Origin: Anthoceros angustus | Lineage: Eukaryota > Plantae > Anthocerotophyta | Length of the DNA stretch: 64,000 nt | Direction of reading: 5' to 3' | Assembly: GCA_010909165.1 (NCBI GenBank) | Contig: MU008161.1 | Span: 2,046,001 to 2,110,000 of the forward strand | In this document: in pieces, positions 47,811 to 62,400 of the stretch | Position numbering within the stretch: position 1 is the first letter of the stretch | How the letters are laid out: every line of letters begins with the position of its first letter | Made by a program: the position numbers and the translations under genes | The notes under the pieces: generated by a model | What the model was told of the DNA's origin: nothing | Database searches by the model: none | The model's input: only the letters and a program-made list of their open reading frames with translations

Positions 47811-50260
47811 GTTCCTTCGCGAACGGTGTTCCGCTGTACGCTCTACCGGCATGCTCACTGGCACGGAAACTTCCACTTGTGTGCAATCGAGCGCAGACAT
47901 GAACACAACTTGGCCACCCTCTCGACGCCGGCCCACTCTGGAGTATTCTTTGTCGAGTGGAATTTGTATCCGCAAGAGCTTGTTGTGCCGCCGCTCAAGC
48001 TCGGCCCGTGCCGCGCAGCCTCCTCGGGCATGCTTGCATCCGTGATTCCAGCCGCGTGAATGGGATCGCCCCCACCGCCGCCGCCTCCGGCTCCCATGCC
48101 GCCGCCTCGCGGTACCACATGCCTCCTCGAGGGGTGCACGGGCCCCCAAGATACGCAGACGCCGCCGGACGCCACGTTGAACCTCCGGCGGATCCGACAA
48201 TTGCAGCTGGCCGACGGCGGTCCGGCGTCGCCGACATTGTGTGTGGGCGATCTGGACTCCGACCCCATTCTGCGCGGACGCCGCCAGACCGCCAGCATCC
48301 TCGGGCCGCCGCCTCGCCGGCGTTTGTCCGAGCCGCAATGCGCATGCGTAGTGGACAGAATGCGGTCGTATGCCCGCGGAGATCGTGCCGCTGTTGCAGC
48401 TGACCGATGCTCGGGGTGTCCGGAGGAGCTTGGTGTAAGCGCCATCTCCTTCGATGGGCGCGGATCGGTGCCGGGCGGTCTCGCGATGTCGCTAATGGCC
48501 ATGGCCGGCCGCAACGCCCACCGCCAAGCAAATGACCGCAATTCGGGATGCGCGAAAATGGCTGCAATCGCACCACACGAGCCGCACTATTGCACTGCAG
48601 TGAAAAGAGTTCCACGCCATGGAATATGCGGTGGCAATTGCAACCTCGCAGCAATCGTCCTTAGGGTGTATGTGAGCGCCAACGCCAACAAACAGACAGA
48701 GCCACAAACTTGTTGCTCGACACGATGGGCCCTTCTCTTCCCGCCTAATCCCAATTGCACTGGTTAGAATTGGGCTACCATTTTGTTTTCCGCATGGGTC
48801 CGCAACTACGCCATTACCCTTTACGGCGCGATGATGCCTCCGAGGACACTGCGGTCATGATCGAGCACGGATATCGTTAAAACCCATGGATTCGCGCCTC
48901 AAACACGCATCGGTAGGTGCGCTCTGACGTCTTTACTCGGAGGAAGACGGCCGTATATCGCCGACACACCAGCCTTGTGCGTCGAGATGCAACCGTGGCA
49001 TCCGCATAACGGCGTACCGGGCGCAGTCACCGAGATCGAACAGTGGGACCGCGTCGACGATGGTCGCCACGGTTCCTTCGCGAACGGCTAGGCGCGGTGC
49101 CTTGAAGATCGAGCGAGGCTGCGGCGTCGGCGATGGCTGGCCCGCGGTTCCTTCGCGAACGGTGTTGGTTATGCGTTGCTCCCTGGCATGCTCAACGCGA
49201 AACTTCCACTTGTGTGCAATCGGCGCAGACATGAACACAACTTGGCCACCCTCTGCATCGCGGCGTCCACTCTGGAGTATTCTTTGTCGAGTGGAATTTG
49301 TATCCGCAAAAACTTGTTGTTGACGCTGCGGCTGGCCCTGCCCTGCTGCTCCTGCCTCTTTGCGGGCGGTCGCTTGCATCCGTGATTCTTTTGCGTGAAT
49401 GGGATCGTCCCCCGCCGCCGCGCCGCCGCCTCCGGCTCCCATGCCGCGCCCCATGCGGGTACCACATGCCCTCGGCGGTGCACTCGCCAGCCAGTCCGGC
49501 GCCGCGAGCGGGCGGCCGGGGCAGCCACGTTGAACCTCCGGCGGATCCAAACAATTGCAGCTGGCGGCGGCGATGCGGTCGCCGCGTCGGCGACATTGTG
49601 TGTGGGCGATCTGGACTCCGGCATTCCAGTGAAGCCGGCCGCCCTTGCATCTCTGCCACGCACCTCGGCCTCGCCGGCGTTGTCCGCCTTCCGGCCGCGT
49701 AGTGGACAGAATGCGGTCGTATGCCCGCGGAGGCGCATGTATGCTGCGATTGCGAGCTCTGCGTCATGGGTGTCCGGAGGAGCTTGGTGTAAGCGCCATC
49801 TCCTTGATGGGCGCGGATCGGTCTTTGGCGGTCTCGCGATGTACGCTAATGGCGATCATGTTTTCCGGTAACGTCCACCGCCAAGCGGTGGCCAATTCGG
49901 GATGCGCGAAAATGGCTGCTTGCACCACCACGGTACTATTGCACTGTGAAAAGAGTTCCACGCTCATGGAATATGCGGTGGCAATTGCAACCTCGCGGTG
50001 CATCCTTAGGGTGTATGCAAGGCGTCCAGCGCATACAGCCCCGACCCAAACTTGTTGCTCGACCACGGCATGCGGTGGCCCTTCTCTTCCGCCTAATCCG
50101 CTACTGTTAGGGTGGGCGATCATTTTGTTTTCCGCATGGGTCCCCAACTACGCCATTACCCTTTGGCGGCGCGATGATGCCTCGCCGAGACAGCGCGATC
50201 GATCGAAACACGGATATCGTTAAAACCCATGGATTCGCGCCTCAAACACGCATCGTCTTC
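47680..50260. repeat. Two head-to-tail ~1.3 kb copies
   Basis: GCATCCGCATAACGGCGTACCGGGCGCAGTCACCGAGATCG at ~47738 and ~48998. TAAAACCCATGGATTCGCGCCTCAAACACGCATCG at ~48878 and ~50221. Confidence 0.9.
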
Positions 50261-50669
50261 GATGGTATGCGCCCGGTGGGTTATTGCATCCACATTGCCT
50301 TCGGGCGGTGCGTTTAAAAATGACACACCTTCAATGACGCCACCGTGAGTGGCACGCGTCTTGGCCGTGCCTTGCCAAAGCCATCGGCGCGCATGTACAT
50401 GGCATAGATTTGCGAGACATAGCGGCCGCACAATGCGTATCGCGGTCGCGCCGCAATCGGAAAAGGCCCGCCACTTTGTAGATGCATTGCGGCTGCGGTC
50501 TTTGGTGGAACAGCGCCTCAGGCTTTAGCTGTCGCCACGACCTTCGCCCGACGATGTGCACACCGTGATAACCGCAGTCTTCGTCCTTGGGCCGCAGCGC
50601 GGCCGCTTTTCAAAGGTATTAAATTGCGTCTGACCCTTCACATCAGGGAAATGTTATATTGTTGCAGAC

Positions 50670-51065
50670 CACACCCCCCACCCCCTGCCACACACTCCAT
50701 CGCCATTCACCCCTCATACCGTCCCTCTCCCCCGCCCCCCCTCCACCCTCCACGTTCCTCTCATCCTGCAACCCCTCTCCTCCCCTTCCTTTCCACCCCA
50801 CCTTTATTCGCGTCCATGTCCTTCCCACCACCGCCTACCCACCCCACCCCTCCCGCCCCCACCCCTCCCTCCATGAACACACCGCCTTTCCTAAACCCAC
50901 ATCCGCCCCACCCCACCCCACCTCCACACACCCCCACCCCTCCCTATACCCCCACCTCCACACATACATATTTACGTGGGCGGTCAGGGCCTCCTCACGT
51001 CGGCCCGTTCTCACACAACCCCTACAAAGAAGCGCAACCCCTCCTCCACTCCACCCCCCATCCCT
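50670..51065. other. C-rich low-complexity tract (G-rich on minus strand); G4-prone or a base-calling artefact
   Basis: About 400 nt dominated by C runs with very few G, interrupting otherwise complex sequence. Confidence 0.6.
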
Positions 51066-53974
51066 AGCGCAAGTAATATGTTGATCTTTATTTCTCATGC
51101 TTTGGAGTCGATGCAATCTCCTTAAATCGGTTGACACAAACTCGTATTCCATCCTCCAATTACATGAGATATGCCGTGTTCGGTCTCGTATATCGCGTGC
51201 TACCAAGTGCTCGTTTTTCGCAGGTGAGGTGTTTCTACGGGCAAGCCAGTTGTTTGCAGTCCTGCCTTGGGAAATGTCGTGCTGCTTTTAGAACAAGCTC
51301 ATTCATTATACTTGATTTTATCCGGGTATTGGGTTTAGCATACCGTCAGATGGAAATGCTGATTGCTGCATTGAAGCTACTCTGCCTACCCTAGTCAAAT
51401 CTTGTTATTCACCTTGTGTCCATGTATGCATGGCGGATGGATGGCATTTGATGAATGTGGACATGTTGATGGATGATGTGTCCAGCATGTAATGTATGTA
51501 CATGGTTATGTATGTAAGGCACGTGGTATGCATATATAGGCGCGGATTTATATCGAAAATACCTAAAAATCGTAACTCAAGGAAAAGGGCGAATACGTGG
51601 TTGAGGACATAAATATCATTGCTTACTCGAAGGCCAAGGAAAGTAGGATTATAAATAAACCTGAAGTGCCTACCAAAGGGAACGAGGAGGGACGTCATGA
51701 AGAGGTCCTGAGGGTTTTTGCCTATATATGTGGGCACCCAGCCGTGGATTCTTGGTTTGTGGATGTTTGTATGAATGGAAAGGCAGCCATACTTCGTCCC
51801 TAGAGTATGTCTCATTTCTCTCTTGTGACCTCACCCGACCGCCAAGTGGGAGCCTCGGCAACCACTCTAATTTCACTGCAGCCGAGGAGATTAGTGCCTC
51901 CATTTGAGCTTGTTCCTTGCCTAACGCCAGAACTTTGCTGTCCTCCCGCCAATGGCCAATGGCGACTTCGCTACTCCATGCAAAGGAATCTGCAGAGGAA
52001 GCAAGGAGGTATGCGGCCATTCTTGTGACGGGTTCTGTTGCATAGGCTTACGATTGTAGTCTGGTTGTGGGGCGATGGTCGTCTCTTTGACCACACTAGA
52101 GAGTGGGGCCATGGTAGTGGCTGATTGTTGTCGACAACTGATGCACAAAGTTGCGGAGTCCTAAATTGTTCGCACCAATTCACCTCATATGTCGATGATA
52201 CCTCAATGCACAAAGTTGCGGAGTGCTATATTGGGTTCGCATCAAGCTATTTATCTCCGGCCTTGGGTTAGCAAACAGATGGACATGGTGATTCTTTGCA
52301 TTGAATCTTGTGACTACCCTAGTGAACTCTTGATCTTCACCTCGTACCCATGGTCTTTGGGATAGAGAAAAGGTTTGTTACATGGCTTGGATTATCTTCT
52401 GGTTGTGGATAATTTGATCGCCTCATCACCCTTGATGGAGAGTGGGGCCATTGTAGTGGCCCCACTCTTTTTGTCGATGATATCCCAATGCACAAAGTTG
52501 GAGTCCTATATTGGGTTCGCACCAATTAGCACAAAGCAAATGCACGATGCAATGGCACAAAACCGCTTTTGGCATTTGGCTACGAAATCGGTGCGGGGTG
52601 AAACATCCGACAATGCAATGCATGTTGCGAACACGATGCGCCATTGCATTTGCCGCATGCACCAATGGTTGGGACAAGCCGGTATGATGATACAATGCCA
52701 AGTACGGACTCATTTTAAAACTCACATATCCATTTGTTTTCAGGAGGATGTAGGATCGAGCAAACGCCGCATTTTGGAGGTGCGGGAGGTATTGGGGAAG
52801 GACGAGGAATGACACCAATGGACCCATAAGCCGTGCTTAGGGAAACACACCGCACCATTGCAATTGCCCATTGCACAATTGGGTCGATTCGGAATGATAC
52901 AATGCCAAGTACGGACTCATTTTCAAAACTCACATATCCATTTGCGTTCACAAATTTGCATGTGCACCATAGTGGACATTGTTATCCATGTCATGCGAAA
53001 GGGTCGTGAAATTGGCTGGCAAGGATATCGCGGACCAGACAGTGAGCACGAAGCAAATCCAGGGGGTCTATGCGACGTTCCGCACTCAGATGCGGGTTCG
53101 GAATGTAGTTCCTGCTTCTTAACGAATGCACATATCGTATGAGTCTTTTGAAAACCAAAATCAAGCATAATGGCATAATCTTGTGCTTCACCTCCATACC
53201 GAGAGGGTGCCATGTCGAGCAAGCAACGTGGTTGCAAAACGCAAGTACTTCATATGCTGCGGTGTAGTCGCAAAAATACAAGGCCTTCGTTTCATTGCAC
53301 AATGTCATGCGGCACGTGTGATATTGAGAAGTGAATTGTTTACGCTAAATCACCCGCATGTACGATGAAGGAGCGCCGCCCTTTTTGTGTGGTAACGAAT
53401 GGTGTTTAGATATGTGCACGCGAAATGCCATATAATGAGATGAATGGACATGGCGTGCATGGGGAAAATAACGCATCAATGTACGTGCATTACGCCATTG
53501 CAAACCGACGTTGAATTAGAATACGGATTGCAGGAAGGCGTGGGGAATCGATGCACAATAAGTGGAAAGCAGTTAGCCTGATGTACCAATAGCCCAATTT
53601 CCAGCATCTATTCTACATTCGTGGGGACGTCGATACGTGCACAGGTGAAAGCATTGTGCCGTCAGGATGCCGCATTATATGGAAGGCCCGGGGAGGCAAG
53701 GGAAAGACAAAGTGTCCACAACGGTTGCCCTTTTCGCTATACCACACCAAAGCATTTGGAGGAAAATTGGAGTAGAATAATATGAGGTATAAAATAGTTC
53801 AAAGACATCAAGCGAATGAGTATATGTATTAATCATAAAATTGGGTCCGGGCGGAGGTGTCCCCAGGCGCGGTGCCGGGCTATATATGTCGATGGGTGCG
53901 ATAAAGCCAAATAGAATCAGCCCATAATACAATGCGATCCACCCATTTCTTAGAAAAAATGCCACTCAAAACGG

Positions 53975-56900
53975 TGTGAGACTAAGGGGTGGCAAAACAC
54001 CGAAAAGTATTCCCCAAAAGCTCACGCCCGGTGTCGAGATGCCCTTTTCCGAATTGATGGAAATGTGAGAGGGATTGCAAAGAACAAACCGCCACCGTGG
54101 CGCCTTAAATGATTGCCCGCCATCGCACGCCGGAGGGTGCCGAGTGAGATGGGGAGGGGCGCCGGGAGTGGGGGCCGTGCTGGCCGGGCCATTTCCGCCC
54201 ATGTGGGGTGACGGATGAGTGGGGTTCGCCCCTGATGGCGTACAGGGTTGGGAAAGGTGTTGCGCGGGTAGAGGGGACGCAGCCGCACACACGTCGGCGA
54301 GCCGAGATGAGGCCCGAATGGCGATCAATAAACGCCCAATCGGGCCGCTGATGCGAACCTTCCACCAAAGAATCGCGCTTGGAGTTGGAAAGACGTGCCG
54401 CCACGCGGCGACGGCCAGCACGCAACCATGGGGCGACGGCAACCGCCAATAAGCCGCAGAACGACTCGCGGCCAAACCCTCCACGCTACCGAGTTTTGCA
54501 CGCCGGACCGGAGTGGACGATGAGGAACCCGCGATCACTTGCATGAGTGGCGGCGGGCATCCAAGGTAGGTTGGACGAGTGTGCGCCTGGCCCACGGGAG
54601 GATCATGTGCATTGGAGGCGATGCTGACGGCAATATCTTGCCTGGCACGACATTGGCCGCGGCTTTGCTAGTGTGCGCCCTCGCACACACACGGTGGCAA
54701 CGCCTCAAGCGGGCCGCGGGAAGATATGTGGAGATGCAATGCCCTCGAGAGTACATTGGGTGGCCCATGGTTCCCATCAACTATAGGGAGCTCTCGAGTT
54801 TTTGGACTTTGTTGAAGACCATCGAGCCAATGCCTTCGAATGGAGGGGTATCCATAAACTTGCTATACCACCTGCACGCTGGGGACAAACGGAATGGAGT
54901 GGCGGTGGACAAATTATCGCGAGAGCCATCTTCTGGGTGGAGTGCCATGTTTTCATGCATCGTGTTTTGACACCGCCACCGATCGAATGGAAGATGACCT
55001 GGAGCGACTGCAAAGGCATGACCTGCGGGTTTGGTTCGCAGTGCACGACGGGGCCACCGTTTGGTGGAAAGATGGCCTAGGAGGTTCTACGAGTTGGTGG
55101 ATTTATGCGGAGCTCAATTGGAATGAGAAGACCGCCGCTCGCGAGATTAACTGCACGAAAGCCCATGTGGTGGCATATCGAGACGGCGCGCCGAGGCGAG
55201 GAGCAACGGAGCAACGCCGCAAGGCATGTAAACATAGTGGTGGGTGCAACCGCAGAGGGCGGCTAGATAGGAGCATTTCCGCCTCGCAACCGCAACTAAC
55301 GCCATGCATGCATTCGCGTTTGAAGTTTTGTGCGAATTGTGTGTAGATGGGAAGAACGATGCGGGTGTGAGGGGTGAGGTGTGAGACTAAGGGGTGGCAA
55401 AACAAAAAAAGTATTCCCCGAGCAATGGCGGGCACCTCGCCCGGTGTCGAGATGCCCTTTCCGAATTGATGGAAATATGTGCGGAGAGGGGCGGTGCAGC
55501 GCGCGTGGCGACAATGGCCAGTGCGTCTTAAATTGACATTGCAGCCTCACACTTGGAGGGTGCCGAGTGAGATGGGGAGGGGCGCGGAGGAAGCGGGTGG
55601 GGTTCGCCGTTTTACGCATTGGCCAGCTGAGGTCATTTTAGTGCCGCGGTGGGGTTGACGGATGAGTGGGGTTGAGGGTTTCCCCGGTGGAACAGATGTC
55701 GTATAAGTTGGGAAAGGCAAGTTGGGCGCAGGTAGAGGGGACGCACCACTACACCGTGGCAATGGTGCGAGAGCTGAGATGAGGCCTGAATGGCGATGCG
55801 GCGTGCAACAAACGCCCAAGCCCGGGCTGCCGGATGCGAACCTTCCACCGGCAACGCGATTGGAGTTGGAAAAGACCAGGCCGCTGGACGGTCAGCGGCG
55901 ACGCTTGTGCACGCAACCATGGGGCTGACGGGCAACCGCCAATAAGCTGCAGAACGACTCGGCCGCGGCCAAACCCTCCACGCCTGCGCCGAGTTTCGCA
56001 GACGCCGGGACCGGAGTCGACGATGAGGAACCCGCGATCACTTGCAGCTATGAGTGGCGGCGGTCATCCAAGGTAGGTTGGTTGAGTGCAGCTGTGCGCG
56101 GCTGCACCGTCCACGGGGAGGATCATGTGCATTGGAGGCGATGCAGCGACGTGCAATATCTTGCAGGAAGGGCATTGGCGCGGCCTAGTGTGCAAGGCCT
56201 CGCACACACACGGTGGCAGCGCCCTCAAGCGGGCCGCGGGAAGATATGTGGGAGATGCAATGCCCTCGAGAGTACATCATTGGGTGGCCCATGGTTCCCA
56301 TCAACTATAGGGAGCTCTCGAGTTTTTGGACTTTGTTGAAGACCATCGAGCCAATGCCTTGAATGGAGGGGTATCCAAATGAAACTTCTATACCTGCAGC
56401 GGGGACAAACGGAATGGAGTGGCGGTGGACAAATTATCGCGAGGCGCTTGCGGTGGAGTGCCATGTTTTCATGCATCGGGTTTTGATGCCACCGATCGAA
56501 TGGAAGATGTGGCAGGAGCGACGCAAGGCATGACCTGCGGGTTTGGTTCGCACAGTGCACGACGGGGCCACCGATTTGGTGGAAAGATGGCCTAGGAGGT
56601 TCTACGAGTTGGTGGATTTCGTGCGATATGCGGAGCTCAATTGGAATGAGAAGACCGCCGCTATGAGATTAACTGCACGAAAGCCCATGTGGTGGCATAT
56701 CTCGGGAGACGGCGCGCCGAGGCGAGGAGCACGAGCAACGCCGCAAGGCGTGCATGTAAACATAGTGGTGGGTGCCGCAGAGGGCGGCACATAGGAGCAT
56801 TTCTACCGCCTCGCAACCGCAACTAACGTGCCGCATGCGCTATTCGCGTTCGCAAAGTTTTGTTCGCGGCGTGTGTAGATGGGAAGAACGCATGCGGGTG

Positions 56901-59440
56901 TGAGGGTGAGGTGTGAGACGAGTTGCGACATGGCGATTAGGGCGCAGCGATGTCATTTTCAGCAATATGCCGCCCATGATGTTGTCCAGTCGCACTCGCA
57001 AGTGGTCGCTTTGTCACAGGATTAACTCCGCTTAGTCGCATCGCATGAACATTGCACTGCGCTTGCAATGTTCCAGGAGACCACCAATAGCGGACGACAC
57101 CAAGTGACTGGTGTCGAAATAATGCAACAGAATCTGCTTCTCCCTCATAAGATTCGATGCGCCATATGCACATTTGTTTCGTGTACATTGAAGAATGCCC
57201 GCCTCCGCCCACCCCCGCACACATGAGTGCCGCCTTGATGGCGGCCCCTCCTCCCCGCCCGCACCCGGTTGCGGGTGGTGTGCGGGCGACCGTGGAGGGA
57301 GCACGAGCCACGAGGGGCGCGGCCCCACCTCCCCCGCCCGCATCCGGTTGCGGGTGGTGTGTGCGCCGGGCGACCGTGGAAGGGAGCCGAGGCACGAGGG
57401 GCATGGGCACCGCCAGGCGGCGTGTAAGCTGATCAGACGATCGCTTGAATGGCGGCGCCGAGGCGAGGGCTGGTGAAAGGGACGGAAGGTGGTGGGCTGC
57501 AAGCCATGGCGCGTTGTCGGACAGTGTCCGGGCCGCAGCGGTGGTTGCACATGAATTCTCAAACCTCCATGTTGATTGCGTTGGATTGCAGGGCCTACAT
57601 CGGCAGCGAAATGTTGGGATACTTCCCAAAGGAGGCTTGCCTCTCACCGCGACGAGCGATAGGTACCATCGAGTGTCTTCCATTGCGCCGTCCATATCCA
57701 TCGATTGCGCAATCCGCTCGAATGTGATTCTCGGGGTTGCGTGGGCGTGAGTATGATCCATGCGAGCGGCGTTACGCAAGGCGCGGGCGATGGCGGTGGC
57801 GCACACACACGGGTAACGCCTCAAGCGGGCAGCGGGAAGATATGTGGGAGATGCAATGCCTCGAGTACATCATTGGGTGGCCCATGGTTCCCATCAACTA
57901 TAGGGAGCTCTCGAGTTTTTGGACTTTGTTGAAGACCATCGAGCCAATGCCTTGAATGGAGGGGTATCCAGTGAAACTTGCTATACCACACTGCCGTGGG
58001 GACAAATGGAATGGAGTGGCGGTGGACAAATTCTGCGAGGCGCTTGCGGTGGAGTGCCATGTTTTCATGCATCGGGTTTTTGTGTTGTGCCACGGAATGG
58101 AAGATGTACACCAGCGGAGCGACAACAGTGCATGACCTGCGGGTTTGGTTCGCACAGTGCACGGGGCCACCGATTTGGTGGAAAGATGGCCTAGGAGGTT
58201 CTACGAGTTGGTGGATTTGGATGCGATATGCGGAGCTCAATTGGAATGAGAAGACCGCCTGCTCATTGAGATTAACTGCACGAAAGCCCATGTGGTGGCA
58301 TATCGGGAGGCGTGGCGCTCGAGGCGAGGAGCAACGCCGCAAGGCGAGCCTGGCTATAGTGGTGGGTGCAACTGCGGAGGCGGCGGCATAGGAGCATTTC
58401 GGCACCGCCGCAACTAACGTCGCATGTACGTGCCATTCGCGTTCGGCGAAGTTTTGTTCTGCGCGAATTGTGTAGATGGGAAGAGCATGCGGGTGTGAGG
58501 GGTGAGGTGTGAGACGAGTTGCGACACATGGCGATTGTAAGCGCGGCGTGTCGATATTTTCAGCAATATGCTTTACGCCCATGATGTTGTCCGGTGCTCG
58601 CAAGTGGTCGCCTTTCTTTGTGTGACGAACTCCGCTTAGTCGCATCGCATGAACATTGCGGTGATTGCGGCGCTTTACAATGTTCCGTGGAGACCACCGG
58701 TAGACGCACCGGTCTTGGGTGGTGTCTGAAATAATGCAACGCGCTGAAGCCCTCATAAGATTCGGATCGCCATAGCTGCACATTTGTTTCCGTGTACATT
58801 GAATGATCGCCTTGAATGGCGGCGCCCGCGCCCACCCGTGTACAATGAGTGCCGCCTTGATGGCGGCCTCCCTCCCTCCCCGCCCGCACCCGGTTCGGTG
58901 GTGTGTCTTGGCGCGACCGTGGGAGGGGAGCACGAGCCACGAGGGCCCCCCCTCCTCCCCGCCCGCATCCGGTTGCGGGTGGTGTGTCTTGTGGCGCATG
59001 GAAGGCGCGAGGCACGAGGGGCATGGGGTGCTTGGCTGCAGGCGGGTGTAAGGCACCTTGCCGGCCCTTTCCATGGCTCGAGGCTGGTGGAGGCGGGTAA
59101 GGCGGAAAGCGTTGTGGTGGTACAGCGGCGGCGGCGTTGTGGTGGGTGCAACCGCGGTGGTTGCACATGAATTCTCAAACCTCCATGTTGATTGTGTTGG
59201 ATTGCCGTGGCGTTCATCGGCAGCGAAATGTTGGGATACGGCTTCCCAAAGGAGGCTTACAGCTCGCCTCTCACCGCGACGAGCGATAGGTACCACTGGG
59301 AGTGTCTTCCATTGCGCCGTCCATATCCATCGCGGCGCAATCCGCTCGAATGTGATTCTCACGGGGTTGCGTGGGCGTGAGTATGATCCATGCGAGTTGC
59401 GGCGTTGTGGCGGCAAAGCGATGGCGGTGGCGGGCTTGCG
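53975..59440. repeat. Nested tandem duplications: ~1.4 kb unit x3 and ~0.95 kb unit x2
   Basis: CCCATGGTTCCCATCAACTATAGGGAGCTCTCGAGTTTTTGGAC at ~54764, ~56288 and ~57881. GCACATGAATTCTCAAACCTCCATGTTGATTG at ~57547 and ~59163. Confidence 0.9.
54595..55100 (+). pseudogene. OTU-like cysteine protease / deubiquitinase remnant (other copies at ~56120-56600 and a partial one at ~57810-58200)
   Basis: Comparing copies suggests IMCIGGD.D(C)QYLA..ALA..H..LKRAAGRYVE, then WGQTEWSGGGQIIARA..VECHVF and HDLRVWF. This follows the OTU motif order (DGxC.FxAxA; WG..E), but it is frameshifted. Confidence 0.4.
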
Positions 59441-59489
59441 ATCGTCTTGTGAAATCGCTGCGGCCAGCAGAGGGGCCGCCACAGGAGCC

Positions 59490-62400
59490 GCGATCCCGAA
59501 AGCAAGGAGCCATGGAAACGACGGTGGATCACATAGAGCGGCGAGGCCGATGGACATGGGAGAGCTCACCAATCCATTCCACCGACTGCATGTGAAGGGC
59601 GCATCGGCCGCAGTGCTGACTGCCGGGCGGTGGAGAGTGGTCCGGGAAATGGGTCCTCTTGGTTGTGGAGGGGAGCTGGGATGGCCTTGCACAAGGACTG
59701 CCGGGCGGTGGAGAGGATGATTGGGGCCGCAGCCCATGAGGGAGGGCTGGTGTACCAAGCAACCGCGGTGGCGGGATGTCATGGACTACGGGTGGATGCC
59801 GAACGCCAAAGAGCTCGCATGGCATGTTGTCGTTGTTGTGGATGCCATTCGGGAGGACACACACGAAAGCGGCCTAATAATTGAGATAGGGACGCAGTGA
59901 CAATGCCGCTGAAGGAAATGGGTGCCTGCAGGGATTTCGCAGAAGAAGGAAGCCTTACCCACCGCACCGCCCCATGCACACGAAAGCATGCCGGAAGGCA
60001 CCTTGTGGTTGCGATTGCAAAGTGATGGAGTCCCGCACGGGCAAGTGGGCATGGAAGGTAGTCGAGAGGACCGTGGGGCCGCAGTGATCCGCACTGTTGT
60101 GGATCGGGCCCGAGAGGGGCATTGCACCGCAGCGAATATTGTGTGCCGGCCGCACATTATGCATCGCGGCATGTGGATGTGGATCGCCACAACTTCTTTG
60201 TGGGCCGCCACACTCCCATTTGTGTACAACCGGACGGAGCATTTCATCCGCTACATGGACTTTTCGACCAACGAAGAGGGAGTGTTCGGCATCGAGGCAT
60301 GTGACCTCATCATCGTGGCATGCCACACCATGGGGCCGCAAGGCACGCGCTGATTGCCGGAAGATCGCATGCTTTCATGTTTGCGCCGCAGCGATGGAGG
60401 AGATGCGGAGAATGCCGCCATCGACGACCATCGTGCATATGGACACTGCTGCGGGGCGTCACGGGCCGCACCGAGGCCGCCAACGAGCCGCGCGATCCGA
60501 AAAAGGAGCCATGGAAACGACGGTGGATCACAGACGCCGGCGGCACGTCGCCGCATGGACATGGAGAGCTCGGCCGAATCCATTCCACCGACTCGGCATG
60601 TGCGAGGCGTCTTGGCCGCGAGCGGTGGCCATGGTCGTGGTGGAGAGTGGTCCGGGAAATGGGTCCTCTTGGTTGTGGAGGGGAGCTGGGATGGCCTTGC
60701 ACAAGGACTGCCGGGCGGTGGAGAGGATGATTGGGGCCGCACCCATGAGGGAGGGCTGGTGTACCAAGCAACCGCGGTGGCGGGGATGTCATGGACTACG
60801 GGTGGATGCCGAACGCCAAAGAGCTCGCATGGCATGTTGTCGTTGTTGTGGGATGCCATTCGGGAGGACACACACGAAAGCGGCCTAATAATTGAGATAG
60901 GGACGCAGTGACAATGCGCTGTAAGGAAATGGGTGCCTGCAGGGATTTCGCAGAAGAAGGAAGCCTTACCCACCGCACCTCGCCCCATGCACACGAAAGC
61001 ATGCCGGAAGGCACCTTGTGGTTGCGATTGCAAAGTGATGGAGTCCCGCACGGGCAAGTGGGCATGGAAGGTAGTCGAGAGGACCGTGGGGCCGCAGTGA
61101 TCCGCACTGTTGTGGATCGGGCCCGAGAGGGCATTGCACCGCAGCGATGGAGGAGATGCGGAGAATGCCGCCATCGACGACCATCGTGCATATGGACACT
61201 GCTGCGGGGCGTCACGGCCGCACCCATGAGGGGCCGGAGGGGAAGAGGCCGCAAGCGGGGATCCGAGCAAGCAAGGAGCCATGGAAACGACGGTGGATCA
61301 CAGACGCCGGCGGCACGTCGCCGCATGGACATGGAGAGCTCGGCCGAATCCATTCCACCGACTCGGCATGTGCGAGGCGTCCGGTGCCGATGCCGGGCGC
61401 GTGGTCGGAGAGTGGTCCGGGAAATGGGTCCTCTTGGTTGTGGAGGGGAGCCGATGGCCGCCTTGCACAAGGACTGCCGGGCGGTGGAGAGGATGACAGC
61501 CCGCATGAGGGAGGGCTGGTGGTGTACCAAGCAACCGCGGCGGGGATGTCATGGACGTTGGGGCAGGGATGCGAACGCCAAAGAGCTCGCATGGCATGTT
61601 CTTGTTGTGGATGCCATTCGGGAGGACTGCGCTGCTGTGCTAATTGAGATAGGGACGCTGCAGCGATGACAATGCGTGCGAAGGAAATGGGTGCCTACTG
61701 TGGGATTGCAGATCGAGAAGGAAGCCTGCACTCCACCGCACTGCCTCTCATGCACACGAAAGCATCTTTGGAAGGCACCTTGTGGGTTGCGATTGCGAAA
61801 GTGATGGAGCAAGTCCCGCACGGCCGGCGGCATGGAAGGTAGGGGGGCCTAAGTGGGGATGCCGGCACTGTTGTGGATCGGGCCCGAGGGCATTGCACCG
61901 CAGCGAACATTGTGTGCCACGCACATTATGCATCGCGGCATGTGGATGTGGATCGCCACAACTTCTTTGTGGGCCACACACTCCCATTTGTGTGTACAAC
62001 CGGACGGAGCATTTCATCCGCTACATGGACTTTTCGACCAACGAAGAGGGAGTGTTCCATCGAGGCATGTGACCTCATCATCGTGGCATGCCACACCATG
62101 GGGCCGCAAAGGGCACGCGTTGATTGCTTTGGAAGATCGATGCTTTCATGTTTGCGCCGCAGCCTTCTTGGACCCTCCGCGGGTTGAGGTAAGGCGTGCG
62201 GCCGCTGTCGCAGTTTTGCCAAGCGGAAGCAACCAAGGCTATTGAGGGGAAGGACCAAGGCGTTGCGCCTCGAGTCAGCCGCCAGAAGGAATGAGCCCGC
62301 GTGGCAATGGTTTGTTGTGATGCTCGAGGCCAAGGCCCATAGTAATACGCAGACGTGCGCGCGAGTTGGTGGTGCTTGCCGCGGTAACGCTGCACCGCGC

